Shown here in pieces: positions 27,612-37,191 of a stretch of DNA of 64,000 bases; within the stretch, counting starts at the first letter, position 1; each line of letters begins with the position of its first letter. Under the pieces are notes generated by a model. The model was not told the origin of the DNA and made no database searches. It saw only the letters and a list, made by a program, of their open reading frames with translations. Origin of the DNA: a virus (Duplodnaviria; Caudoviricetes); the IMG/VR virus record IMGVR_UViG_3300013121_000032, positions 1 to 64,000 of that record. One strand, written 5' to 3'. A program made the position numbers and the translations under genes.

Positions 27612-27932
27612 TTAATTAAAATCATAAAATAAAGATTTTCGGAGAAAGGTAAAAATCTCACGAATTGAAAGATAACCTAAATTTCTTCTCATATGTCCAG
27701 AAGTTTCAGATAAAACCCTAAATGTTGGAGATTTATATCTGTGTTGTTTAGAAAACTCTGTAATGTAAATTTCTACTTTAACTAATGGTTTTCCTAATAA
27801 ATTAAATAGAAGACATAGATTATCTTCTTTTCTAAGAAGCCTTAGAAATTCTTTCTCTGCCATTTCTACATTTCTATGAAGAAATTCTAAATCAAATTGT
27901 TTAATCATTATCTTCTGACCATTGGATATCAT
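27612..27932 (-). CDS. Hypothetical protein, paralog of 27936..28214
   Basis: Ends FTFLRKSLFYDFN. Confidence 0.6.
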   Translation of the reverse strand: MISNGQKIMIKQFDLEFLHRNVEMAEKEFLRLLRKEDNLCLLFNLLGKPLVKVEIYITEFSKQHRYKSPTFRVLSETSGHMRRNLGYLSIREIFTFLRKSLFYDFN

Positions 27933-27935
27933 ACA

Positions 27936-28214
27936 TTAATTAAAGTCCTTAAAAAGTGTTTTACGTAAGGCTTTAAAAAAGGAAGCTCGTGTATGTAATC
28001 TACATACACCTTTAGGCTGATCAGTTCCAGTAATACTAACAAAAAATTTACCAGGACTATTAGATAAAGGTTTAGTGAAATTAAATCTTATAGGCTTATC
28101 TTTAATTTTAATAATGAAGGATATGGATCTTCCAGGTTCTGAATTATGCCTCAATAGATCATTTAAAAGATCTATTATCTTTATCTCTAATTCAGAAATA
28201 GAATTATATTCCAT
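27936..28214 (-). CDS. Hypothetical protein, paralog of 27612..27932
   Basis: Ends FFKALRKTLFKDFN. Confidence 0.6.
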   Translation of the reverse strand: MEYNSISELEIKIIDLLNDLLRHNSEPGRSISFIIKIKDKPIRFNFTKPLSNSPGKFFVSITGTDQPKGVCRLHTRASFFKALRKTLFKDFN

Positions 28215-28484
28215 TTAATGCTTTTCTAGTGTTTTTTTACGAAAATACATAGCTCTATCTGCTAATGTAAATGCAGTAATAATCTCATCATTAGAAAGAT
28301 CAAAATCTCTTGATAATTTAGATTCCATACCACCCATAATACAAGCAGCATATAGATCTCTAATAGTTATTTCAGAAAGATCAGCAGTTAAAGCATTAGT
28401 AGCAGGACTAATACCAATTAAAATTCCAATTATTAAAATAATTGGAATAGAGTATTGGTTAAGACTTAAAAGGATTCTTTTCAT
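28215..28484 (-). CDS. Conserved small phage protein with N-terminal hydrophobic helix
   Basis: TIRDLYAA..MGG...AFTLADRAM resembles the widespread TLRDYFAA...AYxxADAML family. Confidence 0.65.
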   Translation of the reverse strand: MKRILLSLNQYSIPIILIIGILIGISPATNALTADLSEITIRDLYAACIMGGMESKLSRDFDLSNDEIITAFTLADRAMYFRKKTLEKH

Positions 28485-28719
28485 TGATATTTCTCCCTAC
28501 TTCCTTATAGTACCATTCCTTATATTCAGGATCAATAGTACCCAGTTCATATATTAAGTCAGATGTTACAATCATTCTTCCTTTAGCTAGTTTAATAGGA
28601 GAGGTTGTAATATAATCTCCATCAGAAAAAACCGGATGATTATAAACAACACCTTGAACCTCAGTTAAATGAGGCAATCTAGCATCTGAAATAATAGACC
28701 ATTGTTCAAGTAGAGGCAT
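28459..28719 (-). CDS. Conserved small phage protein
   Basis: LEQW...GVVYNHPVFSDGDYITTS...YELG motif. Confidence 0.7.
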   Translation of the reverse strand: MPLLEQWSIISDARLPHLTEVQGVVYNHPVFSDGDYITTSPIKLAKGRMIVTSDLIYELGTIDPEYKEWYYKEVGRNINEKNPFKS

Positions 28720-28733
28720 ATCTACTTGTAATT

Positions 28734-29207
28734 TTACTTTACAGGTAAAACGTATTTTTCTTTAACATCATTTTCCCGATCAATCATTGTAATACCGTCA
28801 CAATGATCAGTTTCATGTTGAGCACAAAAAGCTGTTAATCCCTCTAAAATTAAAGAGGTATGTCTACCGGATGTAGTTTGGTACTTTAATTGAATTTTTG
28901 GGTATCTTAGAACCATGGCTATTTGTCCAGGCATAGATAAACATCCTTCTTTAGACCACTCCATAGTATCTGAAAGAGGAATAATTTCAGGATTAATGAT
29001 TGATCTAATAGAAGACTGATCTACCATTACAAACATCCTAAGAGGAAGCCCAACCTGAGGAGCAGCTAACCCTATTCCATTTTCCTTTATCATAAAATTA
29101 CCCATTTCATGAGCAATTTTAGTCAAGCGCTTTCCAAAGAAAGTTACTTTTTTCCCTTTTCTAGATAGGATAATATCATCTTTATCTACAAGATTCATAA
29201 AGTTCAA
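28734..29207 (-). CDS. def: Peptide deformylase (short phage type)
   Basis: GIGLAAPQVG, EGCLS, QHETDHCDG. Confidence 0.93.
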   Translation of the reverse strand: MNFMNLVDKDDIILSRKGKKVTFFGKRLTKIAHEMGNFMIKENGIGLAAPQVGLPLRMFVMVDQSSIRSIINPEIIPLSDTMEWSKEGCLSMPGQIAMVLRYPKIQLKYQTTSGRHTSLILEGLTAFCAQHETDHCDGITMIDRENDVKEKYVLPVK

Positions 29208-29757
29208 TTATTTCCTCAATTGAGACGGGAGAATAGTTCCAAGCGTCAACACCACAGTCTATTGTAATAGTACCACGATTACTCTTATTAATCTTTTCAT
29301 GTGGCTTAAAGTGCCTATGGCCATGTAAGAGGGTAAGACCATCATCAGTAGGTCGATAATCCTTTAATCTATCTTCAAATGTATGATCTCCAGTAAAGGG
29401 TAAATGGGAAAGCTTAAACTTATATCCCTTATACTCTAAAACATCACTATGGCAGATAGAATTCCAGCCATGTTGAAGATATCTCTCATTCCATCTTTTA
29501 CATCCACGAAAAGGTTTATCATGGTTTCCAGCAATTAAATGTATTTCTTTTCTATTTAATCTTGGAAGAATACTTTCACTGGCTCTTGGATTCATAGAAA
29601 AATCTCCAAGATGGTACACAATATCTTGATTAGAAACCCTATTATTAAAGTTCTCAATTAATGAGAGATCCATCTCTTTAATAGATGAATAGGGACGATC
29701 ACAGTATTTAATAACGTTTGTATGCCAGTAATGAGTATCAGATGTTAAATAAATCAT
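29182..29757 (-). CDS. Calcineurin-like phosphoesterase, intact
   Basis: SDTHY, LGDFS, GNHD, SHLP, HGHRH, DCGVDAWNYSPVS. Confidence 0.9.
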   Translation of the reverse strand: MIYLTSDTHYWHTNVIKYCDRPYSSIKEMDLSLIENFNNRVSNQDIVYHLGDFSMNPRASESILPRLNRKEIHLIAGNHDKPFRGCKRWNERYLQHGWNSICHSDVLEYKGYKFKLSHLPFTGDHTFEDRLKDYRPTDDGLTLLHGHRHFKPHEKINKSNRGTITIDCGVDAWNYSPVSIEEIIELYESCR

Positions 29758-30293
29758 TCATATACAGTCTTCCAGATAGACTCTCCTATAATGTTGTAAG
29801 CAATCCTATGCTCATCTTTAGGGTTAAAATTTTGAGTTACAAGATAGAGTAAGATTCTATCATCTAAATAAGGATTAGAGATACCATGTGCTACTCCAGG
29901 TGGAATGATAACCATTTGTTTATTTAATACTAGTCTCATATGGGGAAGGGTTTTTATACGTCCTTTTAAAAGATTAAAATTAATTTGTTCAATTTGGAAA
30001 TCTCTCATTCCTTCTACTATCGGTCTTAAATCAATAAGATTTATAATCATTTTTTGAAGGGGGAAGAAGCAGTCTACTTGATTTCTATGAACATGGAAAG
30101 CTTTAATTGTTCCTGGATGTAATAAAGAATAGTTAAACTGCTTAATATCTAAAGGTTCTTCGTAAAGATCAAATTTACCTTCAACTAATCTGGCAATCTC
30201 CATAAATTCTCCACCACAATCTTCATGAAGATTGGGTTGGATTATATGAACACCTTTAATTCGTTTAGGTTCTATGTAATTCTGTAAACTCAT
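29754..30293 (-). CDS. RmlC-like cupin (NDP-4-keto-6-deoxyhexose epimerase/isomerase)
   Basis: DCGGEFME, QFNYS, PGTIKAFHVH..Q.D, IDLR, IPPGVAHG. Confidence 0.85.
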   Translation of the reverse strand: MSLQNYIEPKRIKGVHIIQPNLHEDCGGEFMEIARLVEGKFDLYEEPLDIKQFNYSLLHPGTIKAFHVHRNQVDCFFPLQKMIINLIDLRPIVEGMRDFQIEQINFNLLKGRIKTLPHMRLVLNKQMVIIPPGVAHGISNPYLDDRILLYLVTQNFNPKDEHRIAYNIIGESIWKTVYE

Positions 30294-30609
30294 TTATAAT
30301 GCCATTCCATTTTGCTTTTTCATTACCAGTTAATTCTCTACATGCAATAAGAGAAGAATAGGATTTATAAGCTAGACAATCTTTCCAAACTCTATACATG
30401 AAACCTCGGATATATCTTGTATAAATATTATGATTCTCTTTAATAAAGATTAAAAAATCTTTGGAGTATCCTAAATCCTTAGGAGGAAAATCATTAAAAT
30501 CCCGCGTAGCAATTAAAATATAATTTGGTTCTTCTACTACCAAGTATCCAGGACCGGATACCCAATTATCCTTTAATTTAATGAAAAACTTTATAGGACG
30601 ATCCATCAT
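30265..30609 (-). CDS. Hypothetical protein
   Basis: ORF packed in cluster. Confidence 0.55.
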   Translation of the reverse strand: MMDRPIKFFIKLKDNWVSGPGYLVVEEPNYILIATRDFNDFPPKDLGYSKDFLIFIKENHNIYTRYIRGFMYRVWKDCLAYKSYSSLIACRELTGNEKAKWNGIINEFTELHRT

Positions 30610-31270
30610 ATAATTGCCAATTTATTCCCTGTTGTTTTTCTTTAAAATATTCAGGATCATCTTTCCATAAATCCCATCCTAAGTGATAGAGCTTAGTTGG
30701 TAACTTAGTTATAGTAGCACCATTCTGCATAGCAGTCCAGAGCAAATCTCCATCTGTAAAGCCTGAGGTTAACTTAGTAGATAGATAAAAATCAAAAAAT
30801 GCGGACTTAATTCCCATTAACCAACAGCCAAACCCATCTTCAGAAAACCCGCCATTTGGAGGCACATAGTTAGATGTATCTAAAGAAAATCCGGCAATAG
30901 TGCTTGTTTCCATAGCCTTACTTAATTCAGAAAACCAATCAGTATTTTTTGGTACAACTATATCCAAATCTGTAAAAATAAACCAATCAGATTTCGGAAA
31001 AGTCTGATAAGACCAAATTAATCCATGTCCCTTACAATTAGTAGAGGATTCAATCCAAGTTAAATTAGACTGTTTTCTACCCCATTCCCTTATTTGATCT
31101 GAATGAGGGGATAAGCTATCTACTATATAACATGATATTTTTGGATTAGAATCTAATATACTAGAGATTGATTTTTGTAAATAGTCTAATCGTCTATAAC
31201 TAATTCCGAATAATGGAGTCATAGGTAAAAGACAACTCATTGGTATATGGAACTGTAATACGTCCTGCAA
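30578..31270 (-). CDS. GT-A fold glycosyltransferase-like protein
   Basis: SYRRLDYLQKSISS, IVDSLS, FIFTDLD (DxD), GFTDGD, YHLGW; true start probably MTPLFG. Confidence 0.75.
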   Translation of the reverse strand: MQDVLQFHIPMSCLLPMTPLFGISYRRLDYLQKSISSILDSNPKISCYIVDSLSPHSDQIREWGRKQSNLTWIESSTNCKGHGLIWSYQTFPKSDWFIFTDLDIVVPKNTDWFSELSKAMETSTIAGFSLDTSNYVPPNGGFSEDGFGCWLMGIKSAFFDFYLSTKLTSGFTDGDLLWTAMQNGATITKLPTKLYHLGWDLWKDDPEYFKEKQQGINWQLYDGSSYKVFH

Positions 31271-31532
31271 TTCCTGTAGCTATGGTATATTCTTCTAGAA
31301 GCTTAGCAGGAACAACTTGATCCTCTTTATTATGGTATTTTGTTAGTATTTTATAACTGCTACCTTTATATTTAATAGTAGATGGTAAATCAGTTCCATT
31401 ATAGCAAAATTTAAAAATATTATTTTTTTCTGGGCCGTCAACAAATTTAACAGTTATACTTTCAAAACTATTCCAGGAATTCCAGGAATTAAAAGCAGTA
31501 GAGTTAACAATAGTATTAATATATTGTGGCAT
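31200..31532 (-). CDS. Hypothetical protein
   Basis: VKFVDGP motif; packed ORF. Confidence 0.55.
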   Translation of the reverse strand: MPQYINTIVNSTAFNSWNSWNSFESITVKFVDGPEKNNIFKFCYNGTDLPSTIKYKGSSYKILTKYHNKEDQVVPAKLLEEYTIATGIAGRITVPYTNELSFTYDSIIRN

Positions 31533-31533
31533 T

Positions 31534-32301
31534 TTATAATCTTCCTAAGAGAGCGTCTTGTCTAATATTAGCCGTATCCATAACTATTAAACTACGATTC
31601 TCAGGATTATTACAAGTAGATTCTAAATTAAATCTATACTTAGATAAGTCTTCATTAATATAACCAAATGTATGCTCTTTAGACATCATTAAAAGAGCCG
31701 GATAGTCTCCTAAAATATACCCACGTTCAGTAAAAAGCTTATAGTTAAAAAACTTTTTATACAGATGAGCACGATACATTGCTGTACAAGTTAGGACAAA
31801 ATTGGTAGTAAGTAATGTATCTCTAACATAGCCAATAGGGGCTGGAAGCTCACCCCATGGAAAATTCTTCCTACCATCAGAGAGAACTTTACCATTTGGA
31901 AGCTCTATTTCAAAATTAGAGTGGACCATTCCATATTTAGTTTTCTCAAGAAAAATAACTTCTTTCTCAGTTTTTGATGGATAAATAACATCATCACTTT
32001 CTAATAGCTGAACATATTTAGCATCTGGATGAATTTTCTCAGTTAAAAACTGGATATTGTTTCTGCCTTTTAATCCTAAATTAGATTGATGATGGAAAAT
32101 CCTGACATATTTAAACTTAAATTGAAGTGGACGACAATAAGCCTCAATAATTTTTTTAGAATCATCTGTAGATCCATCATCACTAATAAGCACTTGCATA
32201 TTATCATAAGTTGAATCTAAGAGGTTATTTAAAAGCTCTTTAAGCCACTTACCATGATTATAAGAAGCTATCAATAGAGAGACTAATGGCTTATCATTCA
32301 T
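31534..32301 (-). CDS. Glycosyltransferase family 2
   Basis: PLVSLLIASYNH, SDDGSTD, NLG, LESDD, GDY, YR. Confidence 0.92.
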   Translation of the reverse strand: MNDKPLVSLLIASYNHGKWLKELLNNLLDSTYDNMQVLISDDGSTDDSKKIIEAYCRPLQFKFKYVRIFHHQSNLGLKGRNNIQFLTEKIHPDAKYVQLLESDDVIYPSKTEKEVIFLEKTKYGMVHSNFEIELPNGKVLSDGRKNFPWGELPAPIGYVRDTLLTTNFVLTCTAMYRAHLYKKFFNYKLFTERGYILGDYPALLMMSKEHTFGYINEDLSKYRFNLESTCNNPENRSLIVMDTANIRQDALLGRL

Positions 32302-33065
32302 TTTAATTTTGCTTCCGATTTATAAGTATAATAATTTGGATATCCACGTTTAATCCAATCAGCTTCAGCTAGATCAGAATATCTAAAATTAGCTGTCCAT
32401 CTAATGACATTAGATCTATTATCTCCTGAACGATGGACAAGGAACTGAGAAAAGATTATAATATCCCCTTCCTTGGCTGGTAGAGGAATGAAATCCTCAT
32501 CTTTGTACTTCTCTACCACTCCAAAAGATTCAACCATTTTGGTGGCTATACAGCCCTCTAAATGACTTTTAGGAACAACTTCTAATGGGCCAACTGCTTT
32601 CTTTGTACAATCCATAAGGGGAAGCCAAACTACAACTCCATTAGTTGATTGCTGAATAGATGCCCAATCTTGATGGGGTGGAGTTTTGTAATTAATCTCT
32701 GATTTTGCTAATTTTTTATGGTGGAAAAATACAACTGGTCTGGTAGATATAGTAGGCCATTGTAATCCTAATTCTTTAAGAACTCTAAATAATTGTTTAT
32801 TTAATCCAAGCTTATGTAAAGAAGGGAGATGTTGGATAGCTTTTCCACACCACATTAAAAGCTGTAGATTATTCATTAGATCAAAAATATCTGTCTCATA
32901 ATAAGGAAATCGGTATGTATTTCCATATAAAAAATAATTTACTTGTGTAAACAGAATTTGTTTAGCTTCTTTACTGAGCTTAGATATCTTCTTTTCTGGA
33001 AAGAATCCAGAAAGAATAAGATATCCATTTTCTTTATAAAATGTTATTTGTTCATTGGTTAACAC
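32298..33065 (-). CDS. PhyH-family 2OG/Fe(II) dioxygenase
   Basis: LTNEQITFYKENGYL, PHQDW, WLPL, GPLEVVPKSH, GDIIIFSQFLVHRSG, R. Confidence 0.9.
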   Translation of the reverse strand: MLTNEQITFYKENGYLILSGFFPEKKISKLSKEAKQILFTQVNYFLYGNTYRFPYYETDIFDLMNNLQLLMWCGKAIQHLPSLHKLGLNKQLFRVLKELGLQWPTISTRPVVFFHHKKLAKSEINYKTPPHQDWASIQQSTNGVVVWLPLMDCTKKAVGPLEVVPKSHLEGCIATKMVESFGVVEKYKDEDFIPLPAKEGDIIIFSQFLVHRSGDNRSNVIRWTANFRYSDLAEADWIKRGYPNYYTYKSEAKLK

Positions 33066-33948
33066 ATTTAGCTACCTGAATACGTGAAGTAAAGTGATTA
33101 TTATAAAGAAGATAGCAATCTCCATTTGACCACCATAAATAGGGATAAGCTTGCATAAAATCATCATCAGAATTTTTAATAATAAAATTCTCATCTTGAC
33201 GAATCCATATACCATCATCTGGATAATATACAGCATATCCTATTCTATAGGCTTCCATTTTTTCTTCTCTATAATATTTTTTTCCTCTATAAGAAAAAAG
33301 CATATGCTTTAATTTTTTTTGATCTGTCCAAACAAATGGTCTAGCTAATCCACCTTCATGATCTTGAGGTTCAAGAATTGAAAAGCCATTAGGCTCAGAC
33401 TGCTTTCCAGAAATAACCCACTGATTGATGGAGTAAAACGGTTCATTATCTTCCCATTTAGTGTAATTCATATAGTATAGAGAATTACTTTCCCTATATG
33501 GCATTGAAATTCCAATTGGATGAAGGGCTGATCTCTCATAGATAGGATTTTTCCTATCTTTAATCCACCCTCTTGATGTAAAAGTTGCACGACCAACAGA
33601 AGTCCTATATCTTACATTAGAGTTCTCAACCTTATTCCATCCAACATAATAAAGATGATGTTCTGGAGTAACTTGACTTATCATTACTCCACTATCATCA
33701 AAATGACCAGGTTCTCCTAAAGTTAAAATTGGATTCTCATTATGTAATGAGACGTTTAATAGTTCACCAGGTTGATTTCGATAAGAAATTTTGTATTCAA
33801 AAGGCAAAGATCTAGATTGACTATCTCGTGCTGAAAACCCAATAACAAGATAACCATTTAAATCAATATAAACACATGGAGCTTGAGATCCTTTAAACTG
33901 CCCATTATCAAAAGCTGGAAGCTCTGCAATTTTTTCAAAAACAAGCAC
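33052..33948 (-). CDS. Five-bladed beta-propeller glycosidase-like protein (glycan-cluster type)
   Basis: PILTLGEPGHFDDSGV, YYVGWN, RP, FSYRG, YRIGYA, MQAYP blade motifs. Confidence 0.75.
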   Translation of the reverse strand: MLVFEKIAELPAFDNGQFKGSQAPCVYIDLNGYLVIGFSARDSQSRSLPFEYKISYRNQPGELLNVSLHNENPILTLGEPGHFDDSGVMISQVTPEHHLYYVGWNKVENSNVRYRTSVGRATFTSRGWIKDRKNPIYERSALHPIGISMPYRESNSLYYMNYTKWEDNEPFYSINQWVISGKQSEPNGFSILEPQDHEGGLARPFVWTDQKKLKHMLFSYRGKKYYREEKMEAYRIGYAVYYPDDGIWIRQDENFIIKNSDDDFMQAYPYLWWSNGDCYLLYNNHFTSRIQVAKCVNQ

Positions 33949-34469
33949 TATCTATAAGTTCCAACAAAGTAGTATTGTTTTTTCTTAGGGTAATAGAGGA
34001 ACAATTTTCCATCTCCTAATTCAAGGTCTAATCTATATATATTACCAATTTTGGCACCTTTGTCAAAGATTGACTTGGTTAATTGAATCAAAAATTGATA
34101 ATCATCAAAATTTTGAAAATATTCAGAAAGGAAATAAATTCTTTCTCTAAGCTTTCTGCGTGGAACAGGAAAAAGAAGCTTAGTTGCTTTACCATTAAAT
34201 TTTCCAGAGATTTCAAAAGCTTGATCTTTATTTTCTTTAACTGCAAGCATTAAAGACTTTTTAATATCTTTAGGCATTAAAATCAATTGTCCATTAGGTT
34301 TGGGAACTTCTTTAACAATAAACTTCTTAAAGTATTCCGACTTATGGAGGAATTGTCTGTATCGATCTGCTTCGTGTGTGAAAGTTAGGGCTGGGAGAGA
34401 TCCCAGCCCAAGTTCTTTCTGATACTCAGCAGTCTCTTTCAAGGCTTTTAAGTATTGGGAAATTCTCAT
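33948..34469 (-). CDS. Hypothetical protein
   Basis: 173 aa ORF overlapping both neighbours. Confidence 0.6.
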   Translation of the reverse strand: MRISQYLKALKETAEYQKELGLGSLPALTFTHEADRYRQFLHKSEYFKKFIVKEVPKPNGQLILMPKDIKKSLMLAVKENKDQAFEISGKFNGKATKLLFPVPRRKLRERIYFLSEYFQNFDDYQFLIQLTKSIFDKGAKIGNIYRLDLELGDGKLFLYYPKKKQYYFVGTYR

Positions 34470-34972
34470 ACAAGGTACTCATTAATCTTAGAGTAGTCGT
34501 CCCATTGAGCTACTTTGAACCAATGCCGATTGATCTTAACAACCAAAACCGGATCTACCAATCTTTGCTTTTCCCATTGAGGAATGAAAGCCAAATGGAA
34601 TTCTGTACCTTGATCTTTATATTGATCCATTACTCTCTTAGCAGCTTCAAGAGCAGTTCTAGGAATAATAGGTACAGAAGCTGTACAAAGATCATTACCG
34701 ACTCTAATACTGATATTGTTTAGAGGTTTATTCTCCAATTTAATGAGAGCAAATTGGGGAAGTTTATTGAAGACTTTATTTTGCATTTCAGGAAAACGAG
34801 GGAAGATCTTACGATCTGGACTCTTAATTGCCGGAAGATCAATTTTCTTTGTTTCTTCCAATTTCCTAATTTGGCGTTCAATATCATTTGCCAAATTTGT
34901 TCTTGGAAGGGTAATTACACTAGACATTTTGTTTTCTCCTTTGAAGGAAATATCTTGTTTGTTCAATTCCAT
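34466..34972 (-). CDS. Hypothetical protein
   Basis: Promoter-like element upstream; alternative start at MSSV after AAGGAG; DPVLV...WD motif. Confidence 0.65.
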   Translation of the reverse strand: MELNKQDISFKGENKMSSVITLPRTNLANDIERQIRKLEETKKIDLPAIKSPDRKIFPRFPEMQNKVFNKLPQFALIKLENKPLNNISIRVGNDLCTASVPIIPRTALEAAKRVMDQYKDQGTEFHLAFIPQWEKQRLVDPVLVVKINRHWFKVAQWDDYSKINEYLV

Positions 34973-34987
34973 TTCTTCTATGCTTTA

Positions 34988-35016
34988 ATGGTAGTATAAA
35001 ACCGGCTTTTTGTAAA
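34988..35016 (-). promoter_or_regulatory. Sigma70-like promoter
   Basis: TTTACA-17 nt-TACCAT upstream of 34972. Confidence 0.45.
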
Positions 35017-35086
35017 GAGAGAAAATGGTTAATTGGATAATAGATAGGAGGAATTTTTTCTGTAATCAGTACAGAGATGTATTTAG

Positions 35087-35374
35087 TCATTGTAGTGCTC
35101 CTGTCATCATTTTTTTAAAACATTTTTCACATACCCTTTTTTTACCTTTTTGAATATTAAATGGTTCAAGGGAAGGGTAGGGAAGATGCTCAAACTCTAC
35201 TAGTGCTGGTTTTAATATTTGTGCTGCTTTTTGTCTACAAACAGCACAGACAAAAATATAACCTTCAGGTGGCTCTAATTTCTTAGATGAAAAAAGATTT
35301 CCTGGTCCTTTTATATAAAGGGCAGGTATAAGTACTATTACTAATACCAATAAAAGAAGGAAATAATAATCCAT
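35087..35374 (-). CDS. Membrane-anchored CxxC...CxxC zinc-finger protein
   Basis: N-terminal TM helix; CAVC and CEKC. Confidence 0.65.
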   Translation of the reverse strand: MDYYFLLLLVLVIVLIPALYIKGPGNLFSSKKLEPPEGYIFVCAVCRQKAAQILKPALVEFEHLPYPSLEPFNIQKGKKRVCEKCFKKMMTGALQ

Positions 35375-35376
35375 AA

Positions 35377-36051
35377 TTACCGCATCTCAATATCCAAAGA
35401 ATTTTTATTAATCCTGTTATTTCTTCCTTCTAAATAAACAGAGTTTGGTTCTGTATCTTTAGTAATGATAGCTCCAGAACCTACCAATGTTCCTTCTGCT
35501 AATATCACTTCAGGAGATATTACAGCATTGGCACCAATAAAGCAATTATTTTTAATAATACAACTAGAGCAAATAACTGTTCCTGTTGTAATCCAACAGA
35601 AATCTCCTATAGAAGCATTATGACCTATATGGCTACCAGCCCAAATAATGGTTCCTTGACCAATTTTAGAACCAGTTTGTATTTGACAATTTTCTTGAAT
35701 CCAAGAACCTTCACCAATATCTGTTCCATACCATATCTTGGTAGATGGATGGATTAAGGTTAAAAGCTTACCACCCCACTCTTTCCATCTATTAAATTTA
35801 AGCTCTCTTACTTTATTCATCATCCTATAAGAAATAGGTAGGAAAAGATGGGCTGGAGCTTCACCAACTCTTAAAGAGTCATTAATAAGATTAGCATTAA
35901 ATTTATGTACAATAGTTTTTCGCCATTCCGGCATAGCTATATATTCAGGATCAGCTACAAGAGAAATCTTTTGAAATTCAGCATCTTTCAAATATTCAAA
36001 AGCTACTCTAGCTAATTCTCCTTGTCCAAATAAGAAAATATCAGGTTTCAT
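35377..36051 (-). CDS. Hexapeptide-repeat sugar acyltransferase (NeuD/PglD-like)
   Basis: LFGQGELA N-domain, LIHPS, IGEGSWI, SHIGHNASIG, FIGANA, VGSGAIITKD. Confidence 0.9.
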   Translation of the reverse strand: MKPDIFLFGQGELARVAFEYLKDAEFQKISLVADPEYIAMPEWRKTIVHKFNANLINDSLRVGEAPAHLFLPISYRMMNKVRELKFNRWKEWGGKLLTLIHPSTKIWYGTDIGEGSWIQENCQIQTGSKIGQGTIIWAGSHIGHNASIGDFCWITTGTVICSSCIIKNNCFIGANAVISPEVILAEGTLVGSGAIITKDTEPNSVYLEGRNNRINKNSLDIEMR

Positions 36052-36284
36052 TGTTTTACCTTATTCATAACTTTTTCTCTAATCTCTATAAGAGAAAGGG
36101 CTTTTGCTTTATCTTCTTTTTCTAAAGCTTGATAAAACTCCATTTCCCAATCATGAGAATCTGAAAACCAAGCTGTATCATTTCTTTCTTGATAGTCTAA
36201 AAGAAATTTAGCTGCTAGCTTTCTAAGAGAGCCTGATCCATATTTAGTATACATTTTGAACATAGTTAAGTTCCAAGCTGCCAT
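36048..36284 (-). CDS. Hypothetical protein
   Basis: Packed ORF. Confidence 0.6.
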   Translation of the reverse strand: MAAWNLTMFKMYTKYGSGSLRKLAAKFLLDYQERNDTAWFSDSHDWEMEFYQALEKEDKAKALSLIEIREKVMNKVKQ

Positions 36285-36288
36285 TATA

Positions 36289-37191
36289 TTAAGACCTATA
36301 GAGGGGAAAATACTTAGATTCTTTATTTACATTTTTGCTTAACATATCATAAATTTCCTGATTATGGATATGTTTAATAATTTTATTTGTTTTTATAAAG
36401 CTCCCCCAACCAGATTTAAATCGGGAAAGACCACCATTATTACCAGATGTATGTTCAGCACCTAAAATTAAATACCTATAACCTAAATGCTTAAATACTG
36501 TAATAGCATGATTAATGATAAGATAGCTATTACCATTTTCATATCCTTCTAATGTACTAGCTCCTATATGAAAATAAACATCTTGATTTTGAATATAGAA
36601 AAGACCAAAACCGAGAAAATGTCTACTCATTCCGACCATATATGACCTTAATAAAAAGTTATTAAAGCATAAAGAGCCTGGAACACTGAAAAGCTTTTTA
36701 AATGTTTCTAAATCATAATTTGTAATATAGTCCTCTGGAGTAGAGTGGCGCTTCATTAATTCTTGATAGCATTGCCATTGGAGATTAGAAGGAGGCCCTA
36801 CATTAATTTCTATTTCTCCTTTAGCTTTATTTACATTCCTCTTATGTTGCTCTGAATATTTAGATATGGAGGAATCTTGGAGATCCACAATATAGTGGTC
36901 TTTGTAAGGTTGTCCATATCTAATATACTCAGAAGTTTTTATAGGATCAATTGGAGGGGTAATGATTAAAGAGCTAATAGCTCTATCATCTATCTTAGGT
37001 CTATGTGGAAAAAAGGAAAACGGATATGGGCTAATATAATCAAAATAATCTGTATTTGGAATTTTTCTTTTAATTAGACACGAACCTGTTTGAGGATCAG
37101 ATAGCACCTCACCTAAACGGGTAAAGGTGTCTAAATATTCTTGAGATAGATAACCAGTTCTCACTAATCCATACATCCATGAACAAAGCAA
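36289..37191 (-). CDS. FemAB-like GNAT acyl/aminoacyl transferase
   Basis: SPYPF, HKRNVNKA, YFHIGAS, LILGA, GLSRFKSGWG, YFPLYR. Confidence 0.8.
   Translation of the reverse strand: MLCSWMYGLVRTGYLSQEYLDTFTRLGEVLSDPQTGSCLIKRKIPNTDYFDYISPYPFSFFPHRPKIDDRAISSLIITPPIDPIKTSEYIRYGQPYKDHYIVDLQDSSISKYSEQHKRNVNKAKGEIEINVGPPSNLQWQCYQELMKRHSTPEDYITNYDLETFKKLFSVPGSLCFNNFLLRSYMVGMSRHFLGFGLFYIQNQDVYFHIGASTLEGYENGNSYLIINHAITVFKHLGYRYLILGAEHTSGNNGGLSRFKSGWGSFIKTNKIIKHIHNQEIYDMLSKNVNKESKYFPLYRS

Noticed and set aside
29754-37191. Interpretation as host O-antigen locus / contamination
   Set aside because: Glycan genes are interleaved with typical phage ORFs, look compositionally like the phage, and lack wzx/wzy/ABC export genes
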